From: the human T2T-CHM13v2.0 reference genome, Homo sapiens
Direction: 5' to 3' (one strand)
DNA: 64,000 bases
Assembly: GCF_009914755.1 (NCBI RefSeq)
Contig: NC_060932.1
The translations under genes were made by a program, and so were the position numbers. The notes beneath the pieces were generated by a model, which worked only from the letters and a program-made list of their open reading frames with translations, searched no databases and had not been told where the DNA came from. The stretch's first letter is position 1. The number at the start of each line of letters is the position of its first letter. Below are positions 27,860 to 48,658 of this stretch, piece after piece.

Positions 27860-28625
27860 GTAGGATCAACAGACAGTCCAACTGTACCAGTTGTTCCTCA
27901 ATAGATTTATATAACTCTGGACCTTACATTTGTTGATCTCTAAGACCACGCCAAAGAATGACTTCTCTGATAGATGTGCTTTGGCATCTCCATTTTGGCT
28001 TACTTGCCAGGCTTTGAATATTTTTCACAATCCAGTGAAGGGGCAGGCCTGGGTGGTCATGACTGTACTAGGTAACCCAACCCACATGGCTACAACTTAC
28101 TGAACCTGAGATTAATAATTGACTAGGAGAGTTGCAGAATGGCTGATCTGTAGGTGAGGCTGAGCCAAAAAACACTTGATCTTAAAGATTTAAACTAAGA
28201 TACTCTGAAATAGGGAGGGTAGGGAGGCATTGCTGACTAAATCAAGTACTTGCAAGAGGATTTGCTGCCATCTTCTAAACCCACAGGAAGCCAAACACAG
28301 AGCACCTGGGAAGTGGGGAGTAAGAGAGAGCAGAGCATGCTCATGGTGAGCTAAGGTGGAAGGGCTTCAGGCCTGCAGGAGGGAGGATAATGCATTCCTG
28401 CGCCAAGGACCACCATGACTGAGAAAGGTGCTAGGTGCCCAAGATACTGGCAAAGATCCACCCCTGCCAACACATGGTCGATTTATCTCCTAGCTCCAGC
28501 TACACCCTTATTTTACCTTGTATACCTTCTTTCCTGGGCTTTAGTTTCCTCCTCTGAAAAATAAACAGATAACTTTCGTGTGTAAAGTTCTAGAGAACCC
28601 AACAAATTTTTTAAATTTAATCTAA

Positions 28626-28752
28626 TTTTTTATAAAGACAGGGCCTTGCTATGTTGCCCAGGCTGTTCTCGAACACCTTGCCTCAAGTGAGCCCTTGCCC
28701 CCAACCTCAGCCTCCCAAAGTGCTCAGATTACAGGCATGAGCTACCATGGGC
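28626..28752 (-). mobile_element. FLAM (free left Alu monomer)
   Basis: AAAGACAGGGCCTTGCTATGTTGCCCAGGCTG...CCCAAAGTGCTCAGATTACAGGCATGAGC. Confidence 0.85.
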
Positions 28753-29415
28753 AACCCCAGCAGTTTTTAAATTGGTCATATGAAATAGGGATTGTTTAAT
28801 GGTGGATTCTGTGTTCATTTTATCGGGCTCTGTATTCTATTATTCTTATGTGTGGCAACAATTGAGTTTTTCTTGAGGGAAGTAATTTTCAACTGTTTTG
28901 TTTTTGTTTTTGTTTTTTGTATCAGGGCAAACTTTGTTAAAAGGAAGTCTTACATGGAGGATTTAAACAAAACAGATAAAAGCTGAGTGGATCTGATCAG
29001 AGTGGCTGGGGCTTGGAGCTTCACCCTATGGCCTTTCCCAGAACCCTTCGTTCCCACATGCTCCACATCCTCAGCTCTGCAGACTCCAGCTTGAAAGCCT
29101 TCACCCTTGAAAAACAACCAAGATGCATGAGGAAGAGACAGTCAAATAAAGTTAAAAACTGCAGGAGCAGCTGAAGACCAGCAGGATTGCAGAGATCCAC
29201 CATCTGGAAGTACTTCCTGCCTTGGCTTGCTGAAATCCAGCAAAGAGCACAGGCAAGAACCTGGAGGTGCAGAGGCTGAGGAGAGGCAACCGCAAAACTG
29301 GAACCAAAGGGGAATGGGCTTTGTGGGGAAAATAGCAGGAGGGAGCAGCTGCACGATGCGGTGTTCCTGTGTCCCTGGCTGCAAACGACATAAGAGAAAA
29401 TAAAAGAGTTAGGGC

Positions 29416-29662
29416 CTAGCAAGACAGGCCAACATTCAAATTCAGGAAATACAGAGAACACTACAAAGATACTCCTCGAGAGGAGCAACCCCAAGACACA
29501 TAATTGTCAGATTCTCGAAGGCTGAAATGAAGGAAAAAATGTTAAGGGCAGCCAGAGAGCAAGGTCGGGTTACCCACAAAGGGAAGCCCATCAGACTAAC
29601 AGCAGATGCCTGGGCAGAAACCCTACAAGCCAGAAGAGAGTGGGGGCCAATATTCAACATTC
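29416..29662 (+). mobile_element. Isolated L1PA ORF1 fragment
   Basis: CCTAGCAAGACAGGCCAACATTCAAATTCAGGAAATACAGAGAAC...GGGCCAATATTCAACATTCT matches L1PA ORF1. Confidence 0.92.
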
Positions 29663-33885
<4,223 letters not shown>

Positions 33886-33973
33886 AAAAGAAAAGTCAAA
33901 GAAACTATCTTGGACTATTCACTTAAATGACCTGAGGCAAGAATTTTTAAAAAATGTATTTCTGCTCAGTGAG

Positions 33974-34516
33974 TGTGACAGTTTTATGTGTCATCTTGGC
34001 TGGGTTAAGGGATACACAGATAGTTGGTAAAACACCATTTCTGAGTGTGCCTGTGAGGAAGTTTCTGGAAGAGATTAGCATCTGAATCAGTGGACTTAGT
34101 AAAAACCCACCCTCAGCCATGTGGGTGGGCACCACCTAATGGGCTGAGACCCTGGATAGAACAAAGAAGCAGATTAACTTTCGCTTCTGCAGCTGAGACA
34201 CCCATCTTCTCCTTCCCTCGCACATGAGAGCTCCAGGTTTGAAGGCCTTCAGGCTCTGGGACTTATGCCCAATGGCCCCCCATTTCCTCAGGCCTTTTGC
34301 CTCAGACTGAGAGTGACACCATTGGCTCTCCGGCTTCTCAGGCCTTCAGACTCGGACTGAATCACACCTCTGGCTCTCCTGGTGCCCCAGCTCACAGAAG
34401 GTATACTGTGGGACTTGGCCTCCATAACCACTTGAGAAAATTCCCATCTTAAATCCCCTCTGATATGTCTAGGGGTCCTAATGGTTCTGTTTCTCTGGAG
34501 AACCCTGAGCAATACG
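33974..34516 (+). mobile_element. MLT2B-like ERVL solo LTR
   Basis: TGTGACAGTTTTATGTGTCATCTTGGCTGGGTTAAGGGATAC...GTTCTGTTTCTCTGGAGAACCCTGA. Confidence 0.88.
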
Positions 34517-35359
34517 GTTACTATTTCTTCTTACTGTTGTCCAGAATGTTTAGAGTCCTCTTTCCTTCTCACCTAGATTTCCTGATGATAGCCTGTATCC
34601 CTTCTGTTTTAGAATGACTGACCCTGTTCCTTGAGGCTGTGGAGGATTCTCAGTGATTCCACTGGTCAAATGATGTGAGACACAGGGGAAGACCTATGAA
34701 AGCCTGCTGGTGCTAAGACATTGAGCTAAATGTCTTAAGTGGTGAATAGTTCGAACAGAGAAGACAGGAACAGACTGCACAGGACAAGCCCATCCAAATC
34801 AGAGGTGATGTAGAAGTGGTGACGGTTCCCCTCCTAGTCATGAAGGCTCTCACCCTGGAAGTGGACTGTGAAGTGCTCAATGAGGAGAAGGAGTTTCGCA
34901 TACCCACCTAGATCTCCATCTCCCCATGTTCATAAGCAGTTGCCATCACCTGATTGTTGTAGTACTGGGGATGCCATAACATAGATAAAACCTGCTAAGA
35001 TTCTGTGAGTCAGTCCTGGGTTATCCCAGTACACTGGAACCACAGCTACTGGAGATGTGGCCCTAGCATTACAGATAAACAAACTACAACAACAAAAAAT
35101 GGCCTTATAGAGATTTTAGTTCCTATAACCAACTAATTATATTTCAGATTTTTATATATGGATATCTGTAATATTCTGGGGAAGAAATATAAAGACAGAA
35201 TTCACCATGTCTCCTCGGGACTCTGTGATGATCTCTGCAAGAAACAGTGCAAAGACAATTTTTATTTGCTTTAAAAACTAAATGCCTTTTTTATGAAGTA
35301 TAGTTTTAAAATACTACATATTTTGTACTAATAGTACTAAAAATCATGGCAAATTTTTT

Positions 35360-39188
<3,829 letters not shown>

Positions 39189-40919
39189 TATGGCAAAATT
39201 TTTGAAATACGAATTGAGAAATTAAACCATGAAAGGGGGAAGAGAGGGACAAACTTTTTTTAAAGCAAAATAAAATTATTTGTGCAGCCCATGCATTATT
39301 TAACATTGCTATGTCTTTACTTATATTAGAATAGTTGTTACCCACATCGGGAGTGTTGGGATTTCCTAGGCCAGAAAATATAATAATACTGCTATTTAGC
39401 TTCACATTCTAACTATCAACTATTTTACATAATTTGTCCAAGGAACAAAGAGAGGAGGTACAAATGGGATTTCATCAGGTCAGAAGCCTGGAAGGAATGG
39501 ATAGAAAGGGTGTTTTTGTCTAAACCTGAGCTTTACATATTGTATGAAATAGCTGACTTGGTGTTGCAGGCCTGGCCAGGTAAGATGCAAATCTATCACA
39601 AACAGTTTCCAGGACGAAGAAGATGAAATTAGTGTATTACAACAAGAGAGAAGGGATAGGAAAGAAAGGAAAAAAATTTTTGAAAAGAGGAGAATCTATA
39701 AATAAGAAAGAAAATGGGAACATGAGACAGACTGCAGGATCCGGGAGGACCAGGTGACATATGTTAAAATATTTAAAAGATTTAAATCAAAATAATAAAT
39801 TGTAAATAAAATTTGTTCTAGCCTCCTGTTTTGACAAGTATTCCTTCATAACAACCTGGAAGGCCAGACCAAATTAGAAGTTTTGTGCCTCTTGGAGTCT
39901 GCAATGAGATTTGCCCCTGTGGGAGAGCCTGGGAGCCTGCATCCCTCCACCTCTCTCTTCTCACTCTGTCTTCATCCCAAGTGCAAGGGGCCTCCTGCAT
40001 GTGCCTGTGGATATCTCAGACCAAATAGTCCATATCCCTGCAAACAGTCACCACTCAGCCATCCTGAGGGTATAGGTTACATTTATCCTTGGGAGCATGG
40101 TTTCAATGAAGAGACCTGTGCACGCCATGGAACTCGGGTTGAGCAGAGAAAGCCAGGGTCCCAGGTACCTGAATGTGGTTTAGAAAGTTCTAGAAGGGTG
40201 CACAGGATCTGAGTTGACATGTCTACTCTCCCCATTAATTCTTTCCCCCAAAAGAAGGCCAAAGCAAGACCCTGTAAAGCACAAAGCCCAGAGCAGGTAA
40301 TGCTGTGGTCTGCATCAGAGGATGATGCTGACAAGAGAGTTCTGTCAGAGACAAAAGTCTTTTACTGATGGTTTATGGAGCAGATAAGGAAGCAAGAAAT
40401 CTAATTGAGATAAACAGAATAGTGAAGACAGTAAGACTTGGTTTGCTGCAAGGCAACTTGGAATTCAATTAAAACATTCTACAAAAGAAAAAGTAGTAAA
40501 AAGCTAGAAGGAAGTGGAAGGAATATAAACCCAGGAGAGGAGACAATTGTAGAGAACATTCCAGAAAACGTAATTCATCATACTCAAAAGCATTCACAAA
40601 ATAGAGCCCAAGTTAAAACTGGATTAAGAAGACATAAAATATAGGATAAAGATATTTAGCAGATGGAATTCTGATAAATGGTTTTTTGTTTGTTTTTAGT
40701 GTAGTCTAGAAACATTTAACACTCAAAACATTTAGATTTTGTCAGTACAATGATGAGGTGATATGGAAAGTAGGCTACAGGGTGTCCATAGCTGGGACTA
40801 TAAGAGGAAAGCTGGGAAAGGGAAAACTTTCCAGCCTTCATATTTGTGAAGCTGGGTGGGGCTAGGGGGTGAAATAAGCCCGGTTACAATTTGTCTTAGA
40901 ACAGTTATGACTATTACTT

Positions 40920-41375
40920 AATTTATTTTTCTTTCCAACTTTTATTTTAGGTTTAGGAGGTACATGTGCAAGTTTGTTACATGGGTAAATTGGGTGTAGT
41001 GGAGGTTTGCTGTACAGATGATTTCATCACCCAGGTAATAAGCATAGAGCCTGAGAGGTAGGTTTACAATCCTCACCCTCCTCTCACCTTCCACCCTCAA
41101 GTAAGCCCTGGTGTCTATTGTTCCTGCCTTTGTGTTACGTATACTCAATGTTTAGCTCCCACTTATAAGTGGGAATATGTGGCATTTGATTTTCTGTTCC
41201 TACTTTAATTTGCTTAGGATAATGGCACCCAGCTCTATCCTCGTTACTGCAAAGGACATGATCTCATTCATTTTTATGGCTGTGCAGTATTCTACGGAGT
41301 ATATGTACCATATTTTCTTTATCCAGTCCACCATTGGTGGATATTTAGGTTGGTTTCATGTCTTTGCTATTGTGA
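40920..41375 (-). mobile_element. L1PA16-like 3' fragment
   Basis: L1PA15/16-type 3' UTR; TSD ATGACTATTACTT at 40907-40919 and 41376-41388. Confidence 0.92.
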
Positions 41376-42504
41376 ATGACTATTACTTTAAGAAGCACTA
41401 GGAATAAACCTGTATTTTTGCTCTTGGGTTTATTCCTCTTCTTCCAATATGGATATAAAGGACAATTCTATTTAAATATTTTTCAATTATACTGAACCCT
41501 GAAGAATTAAAAGTGATGTTTATAAAAAATACTTAGCTATAAAATGCCTAACCATTTATGATTAAAATTTTTCTCATTAAACAGAGCATGGGGTCTATCT
41601 TACTTAGAAAATCGTTTTTGCTGTTAATGGAAAATTTCTTTTGTAAAAAGTCATTTTCTAGCCAACTTTGTTAATAAAATACAATAAATTACTCTTTTAT
41701 ATTTAATTGTTACTATGTGGTTTATTATTTTAAACCTTAAATTCTGTTAAATTTGAGACAAATATATGCTTGCTTTGAGGATAGAGATTTAATTGGCTAG
41801 TGATTTAATTGATGACATTTAAAGTACAGGAAAGAGAGTATAAAATTTATATGCAAAAACAGAGACTAGAAAATTTCCTCTTTTTATTGCAACTGGATAT
41901 TCTACATGAGAAAAAAATTAAACTGGGATTTAGAGACTCTTATATTGTAGAAGAGAGAGCTTTCCCAATTTTACTTTAATTACCTTCAAATTTTCATTTG
42001 TTTTCTAAATTAATCAATAAGCCTTTTTGTCTTTCATTTATTGTTGTCATATCTTTTGAACAAAATATCTTCCTTCATGTCAGATCAAACATAAACCAAG
42101 AAAATGAGTTTCTGTAAAAAATTACAATTATATTTTCTAAATTTTCTAGAACATTAATATTCATAAGGTACTCAATTCAACAACCTATGTGAGTTCATGT
42201 TTAAATGATAGAAGTACTGTATTACCTGGTAATCAGGCCTCTGATTTTTTCAGACTTTCCCAAATATTGAATACATCCTCTACTTTGTGTGTCTATGAAT
42301 ACTAACCATGTACTGTGCTGCTAGATTTTGTCGGTACCTTTCAGTAGAAACAAAGAAGCCTGTGAAACTACAGATGTTTTAATATCCAATTTTAATAGAT
42401 AGGTTGCCATCAAGTTTTAGGAAGTTTTCAACTCTTTTCAGTTCACCACCAATTTACAAATTACCATAGCTAGTATTTTCTGATCACTTTTCCATCTGCT
42501 GCAT

Positions 42505-42594
42505 ACTATTCTCAGCTCATTACATATATTAACACATGCAATCTTCACAAGAACCATATGAGGTAGGCATTATTATGATCCCTACTTAAGAAAT
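42505..42594 (-). mobile_element. MIR fragment
   Basis: AATCTTCACAAGAACCATATGAGGTAGGCATTATTATGATCCC. Confidence 0.7.
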
Positions 42595-43003
42595 GGGAGG
42601 GGATTCAAAATGGCTGATTAGATGCATCTCTTATTCACCTCCTCCACTAAGAAGAACCAAAATAGTGAGTATATAGTTGTACTTTGAATAGATCATCCAA
42701 GACAGAACACTGAAATTTAATAGAAAAGTGACAGTAAACACCTAAAGCAAGAAAAGGGAAGGAAGTGAGGCAGCCTGCTCAGCTGGTATCAGCTCCAAAT
42801 CCTAATTCAGGAAATGGGTATGTAAGAGATACCCAGTGGTCCACATTCCCACCAAATACCGAATTTTGCATACAATTCTCACCATGGGAGAGCCCCTCCA
42901 CTCTCATAGGCCCCAAGACTAACACAGGGAGCTTTCTGAAAATTATGAAAGCATTGCTCCAGAGAAAGAGCTCATGCTGGGTCCCACAAGCCCCTGAGTC
43001 CTG

Positions 43004-43108
43004 GGCAGCAACAGCATATACCAGACTGCATCCTACCCTGCAATCAGGCAGAGGCAGCAACAACATATACCAGACTGCATCCTACCCTGCAATCAGGCAG
43101 AGGCAGCA
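43004..43108. repeat. 49-bp tandem duplication
   Basis: GGCAGCAACA(G/A)CATATACCAGACTGCATCCTACCCTGCAATCAGGCAGA twice, one mismatch. Confidence 0.95.
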
Positions 43109-46100
43109 GCCATGAGCAGCAATCCCACCCCACCGCCCCCTGCAGAGAGGCAGCTATACATTCTCATGTGCTCTGAGGACAAATTCCACTGCCCATAACC
43201 ACTGCAGCTGGGAACTTCTTTGAGACAAAGTATAAGCAAAGCTCACACAACTCAGTTGGCTATGGCTGCTCCTAGGGAAAGTAATGTTGCCTTCCCCAGT
43301 AGAAGGGCTGCAATGCAGCTGCTGCCACCTTTACCTGAGTGTTTCACTGGCAACAAGGGGCTCATTCCACACCTGCACACCAAAGCCAGCATTTTTATGC
43401 ACCACCAGGGAGCTTGAGGTCACAGCCCAAACTGGCTACATGCCCCCGGTTCCTGAGCACACTGTCCAGACACCTGGGGATGGCCCAGCCCAGTCCCTTT
43501 CTGGTGGTACCTGAACACTCCTCCTGAAGTTGGGGGTTGGGCCCACTCAATTTACTGCTAGCAACATAGATGACACCCACCCCCCAACACACAACCTGTG
43601 GGTCTGGGAACTGGCACATCCAACCCATTGCAACCACTGCCAACACCAGTACAAACCACTTGGGTCCCAAATAAATTGTTCCTCCACTGCTATTGTCATT
43701 TCCCACACCAAACCCACTGCCCAGGAACCCGAGAACATGCCTATCCACCTGCCCCACCACTGCCATTTCTGGCACCCAAGAAAGCCATCTGGAGGCCCAA
43801 AAGTCAGTCTGCCTGGGCCTGCTAACATCTGCACTAATGTATGTCACTCTGAGGGCCCAACGACAGACATACTCTGCCTAGTACTGCTACCTCTGGGGCT
43901 CAAAAATTGACCTAATTGGCATCCCAGACCACAGCAAAACTTCACCACAGCCTGAACTAACATCTGCAACCCAAGCCACACAGGAAATCATGGATACCAC
44001 TGGTGGTGTTTACAGCTAAAAAAATCCTACAAAGACTACACTAAGTTACACACTCAGATTCAAAGCTGAAATACCCTATCCAACCAACATCATAGATACA
44101 TCTTCAGGAAAAAGGCCCTCCCCTTCAAAAGGAAATTCAAAAAGTTGAAAAAACAATTGTTATACCAGATACACAGATATCAATGTAAAGACACAGGAAA
44201 CATGAAAAAGCAAGGAAATATGACACCTTCAAAGGAACACGATAATTTTCTAGCAATAGATTCCAATCAAAAAGAATTCATAAACTCACAGAAAAAGAAT
44301 TCAATATTTTGATACTGTAGAAACTCAGTGATATACAAGAGAATACCAAAAAATAAAAATACAGAGAATTAAGAAAAGCAATTCAGGATATGAATGAGAA
44401 ATAATTTTTCAAAGACATACCATAAAAAAAACACCAAACAGAAATTCTGAAACTGAAAAATGTATTAAATGAAATATAAAAAACAAAAAACTAGATCAAG
44501 CGGAAGTAATCTTAGAACTTGAAGATAGGTCTTTTGAAATAATCTAGTCAGACAAACATAAAGAAAAAATTTAAAAGAATGAGTAAAGCCTACTTGATAT
44601 ATTAATATCATAAAGCAACCAAATATTCAAACTATCAGTATCCCTGAAAGTGGAGAGAAAACAAAACTGTTTGAAAACCTACTTAATGAAATCATAGATG
44701 AAAACTTTCCAAGTCTAGCAAGAGACTTAGACATCTAGATACAGGATGCTTAGCAATCCCCAAATAGATATAATTCAAAAAGTCTTCTCCACAGTACACT
44801 ATAATCAATCTGGCTGACGTCAAAGACAAGAGAGAATTCTAAAAACAGCAAAAGTGTCTAGTCACCTATAAGAGGACTCCCCATCAGAATAAAAAGAGCA
44901 GACTTCTCAGCAGAAACCTTGTTGGCTAGGAGAGAATGAAATAATAGATGTAAAGTTCTGAAAAAAAATACTGCTAGCCAAGGATGCTATATCCAGCAAA
45001 ATTATTCTTTGAAAATGAAGGGGAAAAAATGTCTTACCCAGACAATCAAATGTTGAAGGAATTCATTACCACTAGACCAGCCCTATAAAAAATGCTCAAA
45101 AGAGTCTTACACCTGGAAGCAAAAAGACAACAATTACTAACCTGAAAACACACAATAGTATAAAACTCACTGGTAAAGCAAGCACACAAATAAGAGAAAG
45201 GACCTGAATCATACCAGTACAGAAAACCACCAAACACCAATGACAAACAATAAGAGAAAAAGGAACAAAGAATATACAAAAAAAAAAAAAAAAAACAACA
45301 ATTAACAGTATGACAGGAAAGAAAAACCTTACATATCAGTAATAACCTTGAATGTAAACAGATTAGATTCACTTCTAAGATACAGACCAGGTGAATGGAT
45401 TAAAAGACATGATCCAACTATATGCTACCTACAAGAAATGCTCTTTATCTGTACAGTTACATATAGACTTAAAGCAGAAAGATGAAAAAAGGTATTCCAT
45501 GCAAATGGAAACCAAAAGCAAGCAGGAATTGTTATACTTATTCAGATAAAACAAACTTTAAGTCAAAAATAGTAGAAAAAAATAAAGGTTATTATATAAT
45601 GAAAAAGGGACTGATCCAGGAAAATGACATAAAAATTCTGAATATACATGCACCCAACACTGAAACACCCAGTTTCATAAAGCAAATATTACTAGATCTA
45701 AAGAGAGGTATGTACTCTAATACAATAATAGTGGAGGACTTTTGGTAGAAATGTACAAATCATTTTACCCAATAATTGTAGAATACATATTCTTCTCATC
45801 AGCATATGGAGCATTCTGCAAGATAGATCATTTGTTAGGCCACAAAACAAGTCTCAACAAATTTGAAAAATCAAAATCATACTGATTATCTTCTCAGTCC
45901 ATAATAGAATAAAACTAGAAATCCATACCAAGAGGAACTTTGGAAACTATACAAAAACATGGAAGTTAAACATGCTCTTGAATAACTATTGGGTCAATGA
46001 AGAAATTAAGATGGAAATTTAAAAATTTCTTAAAACAATAGAAATGGAAACACAACATACCAAAACATGTGGGATACAGCAAGAGCTATGGTAAGAGGGA

Positions 46101-46948
46101 ATCTTACAGTAATAAATGCCTACATCAAAAAAGTGGTAGAAATATTTTAAATAAAAAATTTATCAATGCACCTCAAGGAACTAGAAAAGCAAAAACAAAC
46201 CAATCCCCAAAGTAGCAGACAGAAAGAAATAATGAAGAGCAGAGCAGACCAAAATGAAACAGACAAAAAACAATACAAAGGGTCAATGAAATGAAAAGTT
46301 GTTTCTTCAAAAAGATAAACAAAATTGATAACCCACTAGCATAATTAACCAAGAAAATAAGAAAGAAAATACAAATAAACACAATCAGAAATGAAAACAG
46401 AGACGTCACAACTGATGCCACAGAAATACAAAAGATCATTAGAAACTCTTATAAACAACCTATTCACTAATAAACTGGTAAACATAGAGGAAATGGATAA
46501 AGTCTTGGAAACATACAACCCACCAAAACTAAATCAAGCAGAAATAGGAAACCCAAACATACCAATAACAAGGAGCAAGATTAAATCAGTAATAAAAAAT
46601 CTCCTAAGAAAGAAAAATTCAAGACTCTTACGGATTCACTGTCAAGTTCTACCAAACAAATAAAGAAGAACTAATACTAATCCTCCTCAAACTCTCAAAA
46701 AATTAAGAAGAATGGAATTCTCCCTAACGCATTCTATAAGGCCAGCATTAGCCTGATACCAAAACCAGAAAAGGAGGCAAGAACAATGAAAAAAACTACA
46801 AGCCAATATCCCTGATGAACACAGATGCAAAAATTCTCAACAAATGGAATCCAACAGCACATCAGTAGACTGATTAATCATGATTAAGTGGAATTTATAA
46901 CACGGATGCAAGGAGGGTTCTACATACACAAATAAATAAATGTGGTAC

Positions 46949-47318
46949 TGATATGGTTTGGCTGTGTCCCCACCCAAATCTCATTTTCCACTATAGTTCC
47001 CATAATCCCCATCTGTCATGGGAGGGACCTGGTGGGAGGTAATTGAATCATGGGGGTGGTTACCACCATGCTGTTCTCATGATAGTGAGTTCTCATGAGT
47101 TCTTATGGTTTCATAAGGGGCTTTTTCCCCTTTGCTCAGTGCTTTTCCTTCCTGCTGCCATGTGAAGAAGGATGTATTTGCTTCCCCTTCCACCATGATT
47201 ATAAGTTTCCTGAGGCCTTCCCAGCCATGCAGAACTGTGAGTCAATTAAAACTCTTTTCTTTATAAATTACTCAGTCTCAGGCTGTTCCTTCTAGCGGCA
47301 TGAGAACGGACTAATACA
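46949..47318 (+). mobile_element. THE1C-like MaLR LTR
   Basis: TGATATGGTTTGGCTGTGTCCCCACCCAAATCTC...GAACGGACTAATACA. Confidence 0.93.
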
Positions 47319-48619
47319 GTCAATCTAGGTGCCTATCAACGGTGAATTGGATAAAGAAAACGTGGTGCATGTACACCATGGAATACTATGCAGCCATAAA
47401 AAAGAATGAAATAATGTCCTTTACAGCAACATGGATGCAGCTGAAGGCCATTATCCTAAGCAAATTAACACAGGAGCAGAAAAATAAATACCTCATGCTC
47501 TCATTTACAAGTGGGAGCTAAACATTGGGTACTCATGGACATAACGATTTCAACAATAGACACTGGGGACTTCTAGAAGGGGAAGAGAAGGAGTGGAGCA
47601 AGGGTTGAAAAATTAACTATTAGGTACTACATTCAGTACTTGGATGATAGGATCATTTGTACTCCAAACCTCAGCATCATGCAATATACCCAGTAACAAA
47701 TCCCCTGAATCTTAAATAAAAGTTGAAAAAGAAAAAAAGAAATCTACTTTTTCGACAACCTAACAGTCATTACCTTTATGGGGAGAGAAAATCCAGACTT
47801 TAAATAAAGTTAGTAAGATGTATAACTATGAACAGATAGCTCTAATAGTCTCAAAAATAATTTTATTTTGCTTTCAAATTAAAAATATATATTTATTAAC
47901 TTTAATATTTGGGAAAGAATTAAGCAAGTGTTGTAACTAGTACACTTGCATGGAATTATTTTAGTATGTAGCCACTTTGAAGTAAGGTCATGTAAGTTAA
48001 TTGTTCTAATTTATTTACTATAGTCTGTTGTGTTTCTGCAAAAGTTATAAAAAGGCTTTATACCATAAAGCTAAGAGCATAGATCTGGAAAAACTCACTT
48101 TCTCTAACTCCCTCAGCACAAATTGTTTAAGTACCAGATGAAGGGAGAAGATAAAGAAACAAACAGAAGGAGAAGTGTCTACCACCTTGTTTCCAAGAGG
48201 GCTCTCTTATCCCTAGGTTGAGTGTATAGTTAAAGCCATTCTGTTTAATATTTAAAATGATATTTTCTAGTGAGTTTTCATAGAGTGGAATGATCAAAGA
48301 GAGCTGATCTACATGAGTCTCAACATCTTGGAGCTTACATCTACAAGATGAGGCACTTAACCTTCATGCTTACCTGCTGTCTCTGGGTCACATAAATGAT
48401 ACAAGCTTAAGGTTGCTCCTCATCTTCATAAATCACGGTGTCTTAAACTCTATGTCTCTCCAGGTGGGTGCTTCATCACACTTATACTGTAAATATTATT
48501 CATTTTGACACCGTATTTCTTGGATGACAGCATTCTTCTTATGAAAGTGTTGTAAATTCTTCCACGGGATGTGTGGCTTAGTAAATTGCATTTTGCTTCA
48601 CTGCTTGACTAAATAACCA

Positions 48620-48658
48620 TACACACGCAAATACACACACACACCCACACACACACAT
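48620..48658. repeat. (CA)n, imperfect
   Basis: Direct reading. Confidence 0.75.

Larger units (their letters stand above)
42595..47740 (+). mobile_element. Originally full-length L1PB-like element (5' UTR, ORF1, partial ORF2, 3' UTR), degenerate
   Basis: 5' end GGGAGGGGATTCAAAATGGCTGA; ORF1 remnant from about 44200; endonuclease-domain remnant (ORF 45482: KILNIHAPN…); L1PB4-type 3' end; possible TSD AAGAAAT. Confidence 0.88.

Noticed and set aside
29021-29494. 157-aa minus-strand ORF
   Set aside because: Begins in antisense L1 ORF1 at a non-ATG codon; the remainder has no recognisable homology.
42765-43910. Dense cluster of ORFs on both strands
   Set aside because: By-product of the GC-richer L1PB 5' UTR.
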